DNA from: Torpedo marmorata | Taxonomy: Eukaryota | DNA: 64,000 nt | Assembly: GCA_977017645.1 (NCBI GenBank) | Contig: OZ360224.1 | Location: 13,826,001 to 13,890,000 of the forward strand | Direction: 5' to 3' | Part shown: one piece after another, positions 49,459 to 61,962 of the stretch | Layout of the letters: every line of letters begins with the position of its first letter | Position numbering within the stretch: position 1 is the stretch's first letter | Translations under genes and position numbers: made by a program | The notes under the pieces: generated by a model | Database searches by the model: none | Seen by the model: the letters and a program-made list of their open reading frames with translations, nothing else | What the model was told of the DNA's origin: nothing

Positions 49459-52169
49459 ATTTGTTACAGAATCAAACCAGCAACGACAGAAGACGCAATG
49501 CAAAAGGGGTAAAAATTGAAATTATTATTTATTAAACACAAGTAAACATATAATTTCACAACAATTAACCCCACTATAAACGTCTATAAACTCTATTCTT
49601 ATCTAAAAGGTGTATGTGTGTGTGTGTAAAGCCCAGACCATTACAGTCTGTGCCCAACCCTTATGAAAAAATGAAAAAACTTTCCCCAAAAACCCCAGGT
49701 CAGTCATAAAACAACAAGTCAGTCAAAAAAAAGATAAACAGTCCACAAGATTCACTCTCTAAGTTCAGGCTTCACTTCAGCTCTGGGTCTGGTAGAAGTA
49801 CTTCTGAATGAACGTTGGAGAGAGACAATGACTGATTATGCTTACAAATACTTGTTTTCTTCTCTGATGACGTCCCCTTCTTGTAGGTTCATAAGGATTG
49901 CAAGTTCCAGATCAGTATACCACTGATTTAGGCGTATGCTTGAATCTCACAGCTAGTCTCGCTGATCTCACGCCTGTTCTCCACAGAAGTTGCTTTTCTC
50001 AGAATTTTTCTCTGAGACAGGAGGCCATGTGCTATTTTGCCAGATTTTCTCTGACTGCACACACCCCTGGATACTGGCTGTGTTCTGTAGCCTTGCAACT
50101 CACAACTGTCTGCTTTGCAGAGATCTGCCCCTGCTTTTTACAGAAGTGAAACAAATGTATCTTGTCCAGGCTCTCTCTGGTCTCTCTCTGTCTGGGTACA
50201 TCAAAAGTGCAACAATGTATCTTGTCTGGGTACACCAAGTAGCTGGGGAAGTTAACTCTTTCAGTACCTGGCCCCAGTGTATACTCCAAAAGAATTCATC
50301 CTTCCTGCTGACCGTCCGCAGTCCAAATGGTCAGTCATGGCCCATAACAGATAAAACACTTTTTGCTTATTATCAAATTAGAGCATTTTTGGTTGGGAAA
50401 TTAGGTTATAGTTTGATCTTACCAAGACAGAATGAATTAGAATTATTAGTTACTAAAGGAGATGTAAATAAATTTATTTCTCAAATGTATAGATTGTTTC
50501 AGAGAAAAATTCCTAAAATAGGAATTCATAAATCAAGATTAAAGTGGGAATTAGATTTCAATGTAACAATAGATGAAAATCATTGGAAAGAATTATGTAA
50601 ATTAAGTATGACGAAGATTATTAATGTTAGATATAGATTAGTACAATATAATTTTTTTCATCAATTATATTTAACACCTAAAAATTAAAGAAATTTAATC
50701 CGACATTATCAGGTTTATGTTTTAGATGTAATAAAGAGGAAGGTTCTTTTGTACATTCTACATGGTTTTGTCCAAAAGTTTATGATTTTTGGTTGAAAGT
50801 TAAAAAAAATTTCAATAAAGTATTAAAGATCACATTCCCAATGGATACTATGATATTTTTGTTTGGAGATATTAAAAAAGTTAGTATTAAGATGAAATTA
50901 AATATGTATCAAATAGAATTTTTACGAATTGCTTTAGCTGTTTCTAAGAAATGCATTGCTATTACATGGAAATCTGATGTAGATTTAGGGTTAGAAAGAT
51001 GGCATGCAGAACTTCATTCATGCATACCACTTGAAAAAATTACTTATAATTTACGTAATAAGTATCATTTCTTTTTTAAAATTTGGAGCCCATATATGAA
51101 AGCTGTCGGTTTAAGGATTTGAAGATCTCTGGACATCGGATCTACTGGCGAACCTAACCTCCATAATAGAATTAGTTTATAAATTTATTTTTTAGATTGA
51201 CATTCTCCTTACTCTATCTTTTTCTTTCTTTTTATTTTCTTTTTATTTTTAGATTTTTATTTTATTAGATTAGTAGGGATGGGAGGGTTAGGGAGGGGAG
51301 GGTGGGAGGGGGGATGAAAATGTATCACAAGTATTTTGATAATTTTATATTTTACCTTATTTATTTTGTGATTTAAAATTTTAAATAAAATATTTTTTTA
51401 AAAAAGAGAAGACTTGATTGAGTTATACAAAATTATGTCACATATGGATAGGGTAGACTGCAGAAAAATATTCCCTTATCAGAGATGAATAAAACTAGAA
51501 GATATAGATTTAGGATAAGGGGGAAGAAATTTAGAAGGAAGGAAATATTTTTCACCCAGAGAGTGGTGAATACCTGCAATGCACCACTGGAGAGGTGGTG
51601 AAGCAGAGCTGCTGACAGCATTTCAGCAGTATCCAGATCAGCCATTCTCAATGGGGGCCATATTCTCCCCATCCTGGAGCACATTTAAGGGGGGGGGGCA
51701 TGGACTGAAATCATAAACTATTTATTATGTAGTTGATAGGAGAGAAGTATGGAAGAAACCAACTAAACTTGACTGCTTCACAGATTGAGAATGGCTGGTC
51801 AACCATTGCAAGTTGCAAGTTTCTTCAAGGTTCCTTCTTGCAAGTTAAATATTTGAATCCAGATTATTAGCGCCTCCTTTGTGAGCTATGCAATTAAAAT
51901 TCAATGAAATATCAACCTTAAAGGAAGCTCTTTATGATTCATATTTCTTTGAATTTCTTCTGTGTCCCTGATGTAAAGAGGAGCCCAGGCAAGTGCCCTG
52001 GCATTCATTCAACCACTTTTGGATTTTCCTCCATGTACACATGGTCTGGAATGGATAGTTCTGTACAGTCGTGCATAAAGAACTCGACACTGGTGGTTAA
52101 ATCTGCAGATGCTGGGGTCAAGTGCAGTACACAAAAAGTGCTGGAGAAACCCCTATGCTTTGGCAATTC

Positions 52170-52805
52170 AAAAACATGTTCAAATACTTCTTAAATGTTG
52201 TGAGTTCCTGCATCTCCACTTTCTCAGGTAGTGAATTCCAGATTTCATCCAACTTTGACATGAAATTCTTTTCCTCAGATTCTCTCTGCAGCTCTTACTC
52301 TTCTTCTTAAACATATCTACTCTGTTCTCAGCCATGGTGAAATATTTCTCACTATTTACCCAATCTATGCATCATCACATTGTAACTCCCTCAGCCTCCT
52401 CTGCCTAGACTAACCAGTCTCTGCTCACAACTGAAATGTACCATATTAGGCAACATCTTGGATAATTTCCTACTCACCCTCCCCAGTGCAATTGTGTTCT
52501 TCTTGTACTTTAGTGACCAGAACAGTTCCCAATATCCCAGCTGTGGCCTAATCAACATTGTGTAAAGTTGTACAAGACTTCCCTGCTCTTATATTCTGTG
52601 CCCTAGTAATGAAAAATAGCATTCTATATGCCTTCTTCACCATCCTATCTGACTGTGTTCCCTCCTTCGGGGATCGTTGAACTTGTACAACAAGTTCGTC
52701 TGTTCTTTATTACTCCCCAGGGACCCACTATTCATTGTGTATGCCCCATTTATTATTAGACCCCCCTCTCACATTTCATAATCTCACACTTGTCAGGTTT
52801 AAATT
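52170..52805 (-). mobile_element. Old CR1 3' fragment
   Basis: Degenerate homologue of 1-340, 1207-1375 and 3765-3930. Confidence 0.65.
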
Positions 52806-53570
52806 ATAGCTTTTCCTAATAGGGCCATCTACTTAGAAATAAATAATAAAGCTTTCTCAGTTCTCGCCAGTTTTCACCTTTGTGAATCTTGTATTTGTTC
52901 TCCAAATAGATCATTTCCAAATTTGACAAAATTTCCCATTTCAAATCAATCTGTTAAAGGCATATTTGTGTTGAAAGACAGATTAATACCTCACATGCCA
53001 AACAAATCAATGATGTAGCTCACAGTGAGATGGAAAAAGCAGACACAAGAGATTTTATTCATTGTTCAAAATAAAACTGGATGTCATTTTGGTTTAGTAC
53101 AATGAGAAAATAGGAATGGGAAAATAACAAACTGTAGAAAAGCTGTTTTAATTTTACTTTCATTTATTGAAAAAAAAGACAAATCCAATTAGTTAACTCA
53201 AGGATGTGCAATTTGGCCAATCCAATTTCCATCCAGCACTTTGCTGGGTGATATTTTAAACTCAAGTATTAGAGATAGAAATCTACTGTTTCTTAGTTAG
53301 ACAAACTAAGCAAATTGATCAACTATTGATCCTTTGTTATTTTTTAAGACTACCTATTAAAAAATAAAGTCAAGTATTATTTTGTTGATAATTTAAGATA
53401 ATTTATAAAGTAATGTTGAATAATTCTTTAGACTGTTTGTAAAATAACATTAATTGGCTCGAGGAGCAAGATTTAATGGTCTGACAGATCTAAATTATTG
53501 TTTCCTTAGATGGAAGTGACTTCTCAATCCTGACCTACAGCACAACAATCCAACATCTTAAATCAAGCTA

Positions 53571-54153
53571 TATTTCCAATGGATCCTATGATATTTTTAT
53601 TCGGAGATATTAGAAAATTTAGTATCAAGATGAAATTAAATATGTATCAAATAGAATTTTTGCGAATTGCTTTAGCTGTTTCAAAGAAATGTATTGCTAT
53701 TACTTGGAAATCTGACTTAGATTTAGGATTAGAAAGATGGCATGCAGAACTTCGTTCATGTATACCACTTGAAAAAACTACTTATAATTTACGTAATAAA
53801 TATAATTTCTTTTAAAAAATTTGGAGCCCATATATGAAAGTTGTTGGTTTAAGGATTTGAAGATCTCTGAGTATCGAATCTGCTGGCATACCTGACCTCC
53901 ACAATAGAATTAGTTTATAGATGTATGTTTTTTAGATTGGCATCCTCCTTACTCTATCTTTTTCTTTCTTTTTTTTTCTCTTTTTCTATTTTTATTTTAT
54001 ATTTTTATTAGATTAGTCGGGTTGGGAGGGTTGGGGAGGGGAGGGTGGGAGGGGGGTGAGAATGTATCACAAATATTTTGATAATTTCATATAATTTTAT
54101 TTTATGTATTTTGTGATTTAAAATTTTTAAAATAAAATATATATATAAAAAAA
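53571..54153 (+). mobile_element. L1/Tx1-clade 3' fragment
   Basis: Near identical to 50835-51403; 16-bp TSD ATCTTAAATCAAGCTA. Confidence 0.92.
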
Positions 54154-54849
54154 ATCTTAAATCAAGCTAGAGGCAAGATTACGCTTGCAATTAGTCCCAT
54201 TTTGAAATGCTTACATTTTTTAATGTTTGCATGTGGATAATTATCTCAATAAGATGCCAAGGGTTTAAAATGTACACATTGATGCTTCAAAATTGCAAAT
54301 AGCAAACTTAACTGCAGTTACCTTGATGATTAAATTTCTCAATGAATGGCTTTAATCAACAACAGCATGTAATATTTTTCTCTTGGAATGCACAACCACC
54401 GACCATAAAATTAGCTTTCTCTGTAAAACAGGTTAAGAAGTTCATTAGATCATATCTTATTGAAATGCAGCTGTTTGTATGACATTATCTATAATCTGCA
54501 CATTCTAGTTTATATTAGACAGCCATCTGAATGTCCTTATTGTGTGTGTGTGTGTGTGTGTGCGCGTGCGTGCGTGCATGTGTGTGTGTGTGGAGTTGTA
54601 GGTGGGTGTGTGAATCTCTTAAGCAGACAACTCTTCATTTAGATGATTTCATTTCTGAAATGTTGTTAAAAAAATGGAAGAAAGTAAATCACCTGAATTA
54701 AAAAGGAACATTGAGAGGACATTATTCCTTATCTTCAATGTTCCACAGGAAAGCAGATAAGAGGAATAAATTTCTTTAGTGTTCTTGTCCTCCGGCCATC
54801 CTATGTCTTTCCAGATGAAAGAAGTGGCAAAGTCAGTTAGTCAGTGATA

Positions 54850-55400
54850 CTTGGCAGAACTGCAGGAGAAAAAAAATGACCCTACTCCTCTGATTCTGAC
54901 ACCTTCTGGGAAAGTATCAAGAATAAGATATTAGCTACTGCCTCAATATTCTGGAACAAAGGAAAAAAAAAACACCTGGTTGATTTGCAGCATCTAACCC
55001 CATGATACTTCCACTGGCAGATAAGACAAAACAAGCTTGCCAAAATCTGCCACAACAACCAACTAATTATGAATACCTTAAGTTTAAAGAAGATAAGGCT
55101 GCAGTTCAGAAAGCCATCAAAGAACATGCCCAAGCTCTTGGCAAAACCTCTGTGAAAAATGAATTCAACATTAAAAGAGGAAAATTTTTGATATCTCAGT
55201 GGAATCAAAGAGGCATTGTTCAGCTGCTAAAAAGACTGCAAATCTAAAAACCAAAAAACAAAGGAAGGTGTTGATATGACTGCCAGGCAAGAGCAAGATT
55301 ATATTGTACTGAACATGTAAGAGAGCTGAACACAAAAGATGCCATTACACTATTGCCTGCGTTTCTCCCACTTTCAGCAATGGAGAGGGTGAGCCCGATC
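54850..55400 (+). mobile_element. Possible highly degenerate RTE-type LINE fragment
   Basis: ORF 55002-55247 (KTKQA..KAAVQKAIK) resembles the LINE EN-RT linker; the match is weak. Confidence 0.35.
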
Positions 55401-55808
55401 GCTAACACCTAAAAATGTAGAAAATACTGTGAAGAAGGTTACGCCTGGGAAAGTATCAGGAACTACTGCTGCCATAGGCTCAGAAGAGAAACCAACATTT
55501 TCCATGTTTTGTGCCAAACTTTCCATAATTAGCATTACCGGTAGTTGTGTCATGAAAAATTTGAAAAGTAGAAATGAATCTAAATTTAACCAGTATTATT
55601 GCCACCTGTTTTGTAATTCTAACTCTCATTCAAGGTATCAACATTGTGGATGGCTAACACCTTAACATTAGACTATGCAGGGTCTTAATCGAAAATGTTG
55701 ATAATTCATTTCCTCCCACAGCTGTTGCTGAATCCACCAAGCTCCTCCAGCAGATTATATGGAACTTAAATTACCTTGCACTTCTTAAATGGGAAGGTAA
55801 ACGTATAA

Positions 55809-55958
55809 TGCAATATAGAAAAGTGCTGGAGAAACTCATCAGGTCACGCAGCATCTATAGGAAGCAAAGGATATAACCAACGTTTCAAGCCTGAGCTCTT
55901 CATCAAGGTAAGGAGCTGCGTGACCTGCTGAGTTTCTCCAGCACTTTTGTGTATTGCA
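55809..55958. repeat. Palindromic Penelope-type relic: 44-bp inverted repeats around a hammerhead-like core
   Basis: 55809-55852 vs 55915-55958, 3 mismatches; minus strand reads TTGATGA-agagctcaggctt-GAAAC. Confidence 0.7.
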
Positions 55959-57248
55959 CTACAATCACAGAATAACAAAGGTATACATATAATGTAAACA
56001 TTCATGTACAATGTGGTTGGAGAGCTGTATAAACCAGATTCACCTGTTTCAGTGGCTGTTCATATCTCTTAATTTTTTTCCATTTAATCTGCATTGTTCA
56101 GGCCTGCAGTAAAAACAAATCTCTCCCATGAATATATTATGGGCTAGTGATGTGGATAGAAAGTCAATATAAGAAATAAATTAAACCATCAAGTTATTCA
56201 ACCAGTGAGTGAATAAATTGTGCAGTGAGTCTTGAAGTCTTTGACCATTTGTTTTAATTTTGACCATTTGAAAGGATTAGTTTAAGTCGATTGTAAATAT
56301 TGTGTTAAGGGAAACAATGCACAAGAGAACTGATGATATGCTGCATAATATCCCATGAGCAGAAACAATATCACCCTAAGATAGAGAACAGGACAAATGG
56401 CTGAACAATCTCAAACTAATTTAAGTTGGAAGTCTTGATCCATGTAGTTGTGTGTCTGAACCTTTCAGTTCATATAGAGAAGAATTGGCAATGTTTCTCA
56501 AACCAATAACATAATGGAAATTGATGGTATTGGAGAGGATGTATCTGCACAAAACAATGCTCCATGGGAGTGCAAGAAAGCAGTCCTAACTGAAATGTGT
56601 ACTAGATTAACTAATCATTTAATGCCATGGAAAATAAAAGATGCTTAATTGAGCAAAAGAATATAAAATTTACAAGTTAATTTCAACCCAGCATCTGATA
56701 ATTGTGGAGAGCTATAAACTTAGAAGTGGGAATCAGAAATAATTTGAGACTGTCGGGAGGTATATTGCCTCACTCAGGATGTCTCTGTGACTTTGGTGTC
56801 TTCTTAGATGATGTATAGAATAAGAAAGTTATTTGTGGTTAAATTGAGATGCAAATTCAATTAAAATGATTGAACAACTCTGATATTTATGGAGAGGTTA
56901 AAGTGTTTTGCCAAATGCAAAGTGCAGTTTATAGTCATGGGGTGATGGCAAAAGCCACAGTTCCAAAGCTAAATCCAAAGTCTATGGGTGAACCTGGAGC
57001 AATCAGTTGTTATAAATATGATGGAACTCATTCACTCCATGGATGTTAACTTAAATAAGCAACATATTTCAATTGCCAGACATCAGGGAGTGAATCTAAA
57101 CAATTTTGGTCATGGATTTCTTTACAGAAAGGAAATTTGCACAGTAGGAAGCCAACGCGAGCAATGAAGGAATGTGCATTAATGGTAGAAAGCAGAAAGA
57201 CTTGAAGATAACTGTAGAGTTAAATGTTACATGCATTGATACGATCAG

Positions 57249-57596
57249 CTATTCAGTTGCGTTGGAGTGTTGGAGTGGGAGGAGCGACTGGTGACTGGTG
57301 CTTCATGAGTAAGTATTTTGGAGTTGTAAAATTGTTTAAAAAGGGAGCTTTTTCGGGCTTAGGTCTATTCAGTTGCGTTGGAGTGTTGGAGTGGGAGGAG
57401 CGACTGGTGACTGGTGCTTCATGAGTAAGTATTTTGGAGTTGTAAAATTGTTTAAAAAGGGAGCTTTTTCGGGCTTAGGTCTATTCAGTTGCGTTGGAGT
57501 GTTGGAGTGGGAGGAGCGACTGGTGACTGGTGCTTCGTGAGTAAGTATTTTGGAGTTGTAAAATTGTTTAAAAAGGGAGCTTTTCCGGGCCTAGGG
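57249..57596 (+). repeat. 116-bp tandem repeat x3
   Basis: CTATTCAGTTGCG at 57249, 57365 and 57481. Confidence 0.95.
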
Positions 57597-57715
57597 CTAG
57601 GTTAAGTGGTGATTAGTAGTAGTAAGAAATTGGGTATTAGAGTTAATTAGCAGTGACCTATAAAAGGAAGGGAAGTAGAGGGAGCGGCCAGTGAGGAGCG
57701 GCCCAGTGAGTGAGT

Positions 57716-57920
57716 GGCACAGGGAAGGAGTGGAGCACTGAGGCTTTGTCTCAAGAGGCACAGGGAAGGAGTGGAGCACTGAGGCTTTGGCTCAAGAGGC
57801 ACAGGGAAGGAGTGGAGCACTGAGGCTTTGTCTCAAGAGGCACAGGGAAGGAGTGGAGCACTGAGGCTTTGTCTCAAGAGGCACAGGGAAGGAGTGGAGC
57901 ACTGAGGCTTTGGCTCAAGA
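57716..57920 (+). repeat. 41-bp tandem repeat x5
   Basis: GGCACAGGGAAGGAGTGGAGCACTGAGGCTTTG(T/G)CTCAAGA at 57716, 57757, 57798, 57839 and 57880. Confidence 0.95.
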
Positions 57921-60900
57921 GGCTTCGGCACAGAGAGGTTGAGGAAGTACTACCGGTAAGGTTAAGTTTATTCCTATTTAATCTAGTAGTAGTTAAGAGG
58001 GGGTTATGGAGGCAGTTGGGTTAGTCATGTGTTCCGAATTCAGGATGTGGCAGGTCAGGGACATCACAAATGTTCCCGATGACCTCACCTGCAAAAGGTG
58101 CATCCAGATGCAACTCCTGCGAGACCATGTTAGGGAACTGGAATTGAAGCTGGATGAACTTCGGATCAAAAAATCTTAAGAAAGAAATTAGAAAGTCTAA
58201 AAGGAGATATAAGGCTGCTTTGGTAGTCATAGATAGGGAGACAGTCACCCCAAATAGACAGGAGTCAGCTAACTGGGTGACGATGAGGAAAGGGAGGGGG
58301 GGGGAGACAGACAGTGCAGGGAACCCCTGTGGCCGTTCCCCTCAATAATAAGTATACTGTTTTGGATACTGTTTGGGGGGGATGACCTACCAGGGACAAG
58401 TCGCGGGGTCAGGTCTCTGGCACGGGGGCTGGCCCCTCGGCTCAGAAGAGAAGGGGGGAAAAGAGGAGAGCTTTTGTAATTGGGGACTCGCTGGTTAGAG
58501 GAACAGATAGGAGGTTTGCTGGACGAGATCGGAGCTCCCGGTTGGTCTGTTGCCTTCCAGGTGCCAGGGTCAGGGATGTCTCTGATCGAGTACACAGCAT
58601 TCTGGAGGGGGAGGGCGACCTGCCAGGTGTCGTGGTCCACGTGGGGACCAATGACATAGAAAGAAATGGGGATGTGGTCCTGAAGAAGGAATATAAGGAG
58701 TTAGGAAGGAAGTTAAAAAGCAGGACCTCGAGGGTGGTAATCTCAGGATTGCTGCCTGTGCCACGCGCTAGAGAGGGTAGGAATAGGAAGATGTGGAGGA
58801 TGAATGTGTGGCTAAAGAGTTGGTGCTGGGGGCAGGGGTTCACATTTGTGGATCATTGGGATCTCTTCTGGGGAAGCATTGTAAGAAAGGTGGATGAGCT
58901 TAGAGTATGGATTGATACATGGAAATATGATATTGTAGCCATCAGTGAAACTTGGTTGCAGGAGGGGCATGATTGTCAGCTAAATATTCCAGGATTCCGT
59001 TGTTTTAGGCGTGATAGAACAGGGGGGATAAAAGGTGGAGGAGTCGCAGTGCTTGTTAGAGAAACCATTACAGCGGTGCTATGGCAGGATAGATTGGAGG
59101 GCTCGTCCAGTGAGGCTATTTGGGTGGAATTGATGAATGGGAAAGGCATGAAAACACTAATGGGAGTGTATTATAGACCACGGAATGGACAGAGGGAATT
59201 AGAGGAGGAAATTTGTAAGGAGATAGAATATATGTGTAATAAGCATAAGGTGGTGATTATAGGTGATTTTAACTTTCCACATATTGACTGGGACGCCCAT
59301 ATTTTAATAGGGCAGGATGGGTTGGACTTTTTCAAATGTGTTCAGGAAAGTTTTCTAAATCAATACATAGAAGAACCGATGAGAGAGGGGGCACTATTGG
59401 ATCTCCTATTTGGGAACGAGATAGGTCAGGTGACAGCGGTTTGGGGAACACTTTGGGTCTGGTGATCATAATACCATTAGTTTTAGGTTGATAATGGAGA
59501 AGGATAGGGCTAGGCTTAAGGTTGAGATTCTTGATTGGAATAAGGCAAATTTTGAGGAGATGAGGAAGGATTTAGAGGGTGTGGATTGGGATAATTTATT
59601 GTTAGAAAAGGATGTCACCGATAAATGGAGGATATTCAAAGGGGAAATTTTGACAGTACAGAGTCGGTTCGTCCCTGTGAGGATTAAAGGAAGAGTTAGA
59701 AAATATAGGGAGCCTTGGTTTTCAAAGGATATTGGGAATTTGGTTCGGAGGAAGAGGGATGTGTACAACATGTATAGACAGCAGGGAATAGATGAGGTCC
59801 TTGAGGAATATAAGGAGTGTAAAAAAAATCTTAAGGAAGAAATTAGAAAGTCTAAAAGGAGATATGAGGCTGCTTTGGCAGGCAAGGTAAAAATAAATCC
59901 AAAGGGTTTCTACAGGTACATTAAAAGCAAAAGAATAGTGAGGGATAAAATTTGGCTCATTGAGGATCAGACAGGTAGGCTATGTGAGAAGTCAGAGGAG
60001 ATGGGGGAGAGTTTAAATGAATTTTTTTTCTTCAGTATTTACAAAGGAAAGGAATATTGAGCCAGGTGAAGTAAGGTAATCTGGCAGGGAGGTCATGGAT
60101 AATATAAAGATTAATGAGGAGGTAGTATTGGCTATTTTAAAGAGTATAAAGGTGGATAAATCTCCAGGTCCTGACAGGATATTCCCGAGGACCCTGAGGG
60201 ATGTTAGTGTACAAATAGTGGGGGCTCTGACAGAAATATTTAAAATGTCACTGGCCACGGGGGAGGTGCCGGAGGATTGGAGGGTAGCTCATGTTGTCCT
60301 GCTGTTTAAGAAGGGCTCCAAAAGTAAACCTGGAAATTTTAGGCCTGTGAGTCTGACATCGGTGGTAGGTAAATTAATGGAGAGTGTTTTAGAGATGGTG
60401 TATACAGTTATTTGGAAAGACAAGCATTGATTAGAAGTAGTCAACACGGTTTTGTTTGTGGTAGATCATGTTTGACAAATCTCATAGAGTTTTTCGATGA
60501 GGTTACTAAGAGGGTTGACGAGGGGAAGGCTGTGGGTGTTGTCTATATGGACTTTAGTAAGGCATTTGACAAGGTTCCGCATAAGAGGCTCGTTAGGAAG
60601 GTTCAAGCATTTGGTATTAACGACGAAGTAGTGAAATGGATTCAACAATGGTTGGATAGGAGATGCCAGAGAGTAGTGGTGGAAAATTGTTTGTCAAATT
60701 GGAGGCCGGTGACCAGTGGAGTGCCTCAGGGATCGGTACTGGGTCCATTGTCATATATATTAATGATCTAGATGATAGGGTGGTAAATTGGATTAGTAAG
60801 TATGCAGATGATACGAAGATTGGTGGTGTTGTGGACAGTGAAGAGGGATATCAAAGCTTGCAGGAGGATATTGGACAGTGAGAAGTGTGGGCAGAAACAT

Positions 60901-61962
60901 GGCAGATGGAATTTAATACTGAGAAATGTGAGGTGCTACATTTTGGTAGAATTAATCAGCAAAGGTCATACATGTTAAATGGAAGACAATTGAGAAGTGC
61001 AGTAGAACAGAGGGATTTAGGAATTCTGGTACATAATTCCCTGAAAGTTGAGTCACACGTAGATAGGGTGGTGAAGAAGGCATTTGGTATGTTGGCCTTC
61101 ATAAATCAGAGTATTGAATATAGGTGTTGGGATGTCATGTTGAAATTGAGAGAGGGGAAGATTCAAACAAGAGGGCATGGATTGAGATTGAAGGGGTAAA
61201 AGTTTAGAGGAAACATGAGGGGGAATTTCTTCACTCAGAGGGTGGTAGGAGGGTGGAATGAGCTTCTGGCCGAAGTAGTAGATGCAGGTTCAATTTTAAT
61301 GCTTAAGGAAAAGTTGGATAGGTATATGGACGAGAGAGGTGTGGAGGGTTATGGGCCAGGTGCGGGTCAGTGGGTCTAGGTGGGAGAATGTGTTCGGCAT
61401 GGACTCGAAGGGCCGAACTGGCCTCTTTCTATGCTGCAAATGTTATATGGTTATATGGTTATATGATCATTAAATTATTTCAATGATAAACAAGGTACAT
61501 TTTAGTTCAACTGGTTACAACTGGCAAAGAGCACATTACACTTGGAAAGGCATTCAGGCAAAGTATTAATAATTTAAGGCCAGCTGAAATGTTTAGTGAA
61601 TCACAATACTCAGGAAATAGCTCAATTTGTGTTTGTTGCTGTTTCAAATAACCTTGCGACATTGATGGACAAAGATTAACCCAGAAGATTACAGCAAGAC
61701 TCGAAACATGTTCAGCATAAAAGCTTCCGAATTATGCTTCGGTAAACAATTAGGAAACTAATCAGAAATGTTTAAACCTTCCTACGTCGGTAATGCAGAT
61801 TATAATTTCTAGATTTGTATCAAACCAGGTACAAAACCAATCCATTATTAAACCTCAATCTCACATATGTGCATTGAAGGACCGGGTAGAAGAGTAGTTA
61901 AATGAATTGGAATGAAATACAGCATTATTGAGGTCAGGACTGGGTGAATAGACATCACCAAC

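Larger units (their letters stand above)
44436..50349 (-). mobile_element. Gmr1-like Ty3/Gypsy LTR retrotransposon with RT deletion
   Basis: 888-bp LTRs (44436-45323, 49462-50349), near identical; TSD GATT/GATA; PBS and PPT present; gag-PR-IN-RH order. Confidence 0.93.
44032..51403 (+). mobile_element. 5'-truncated L1/Tx1-clade LINE interrupted by the Gypsy provirus and inserted in an old CR1 fragment
   Basis: ORF2 reads KFNILD|KTLFAYYQ across the Gypsy; poly-A tail; 16-bp TSD AAGAG(G/A)AGACTTGATT (44016-44031, 51404-51419). Confidence 0.9.
57249..61465 (+). mobile_element. CR1 LINE with 5' UTR tandem arrays, ORF1, ORF2 (internal deletions) and 3' tail
   Basis: ORF1 zipper/esterase about 58006-58875; APE/RT 58876-61380; (TTATATGG)n tail; deletions at about 58875 and 61148. 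Confidence 0.92.

Noticed and set aside
49990-50688. 232-aa ORF
   Set aside because: Chance read-through from the antisense LTR into interrupted L1 ORF2.
54540-54592. (TG)n/(CG) microsatellite; also (CA)n at 1024-1061 and 25711-25750
   Set aside because: Ordinary simple repeats.
14822-61465. Three similar 3-kb blocks as a segmental duplication
   Set aside because: They are independent CR1 copies with different flanks, truncations and indels.
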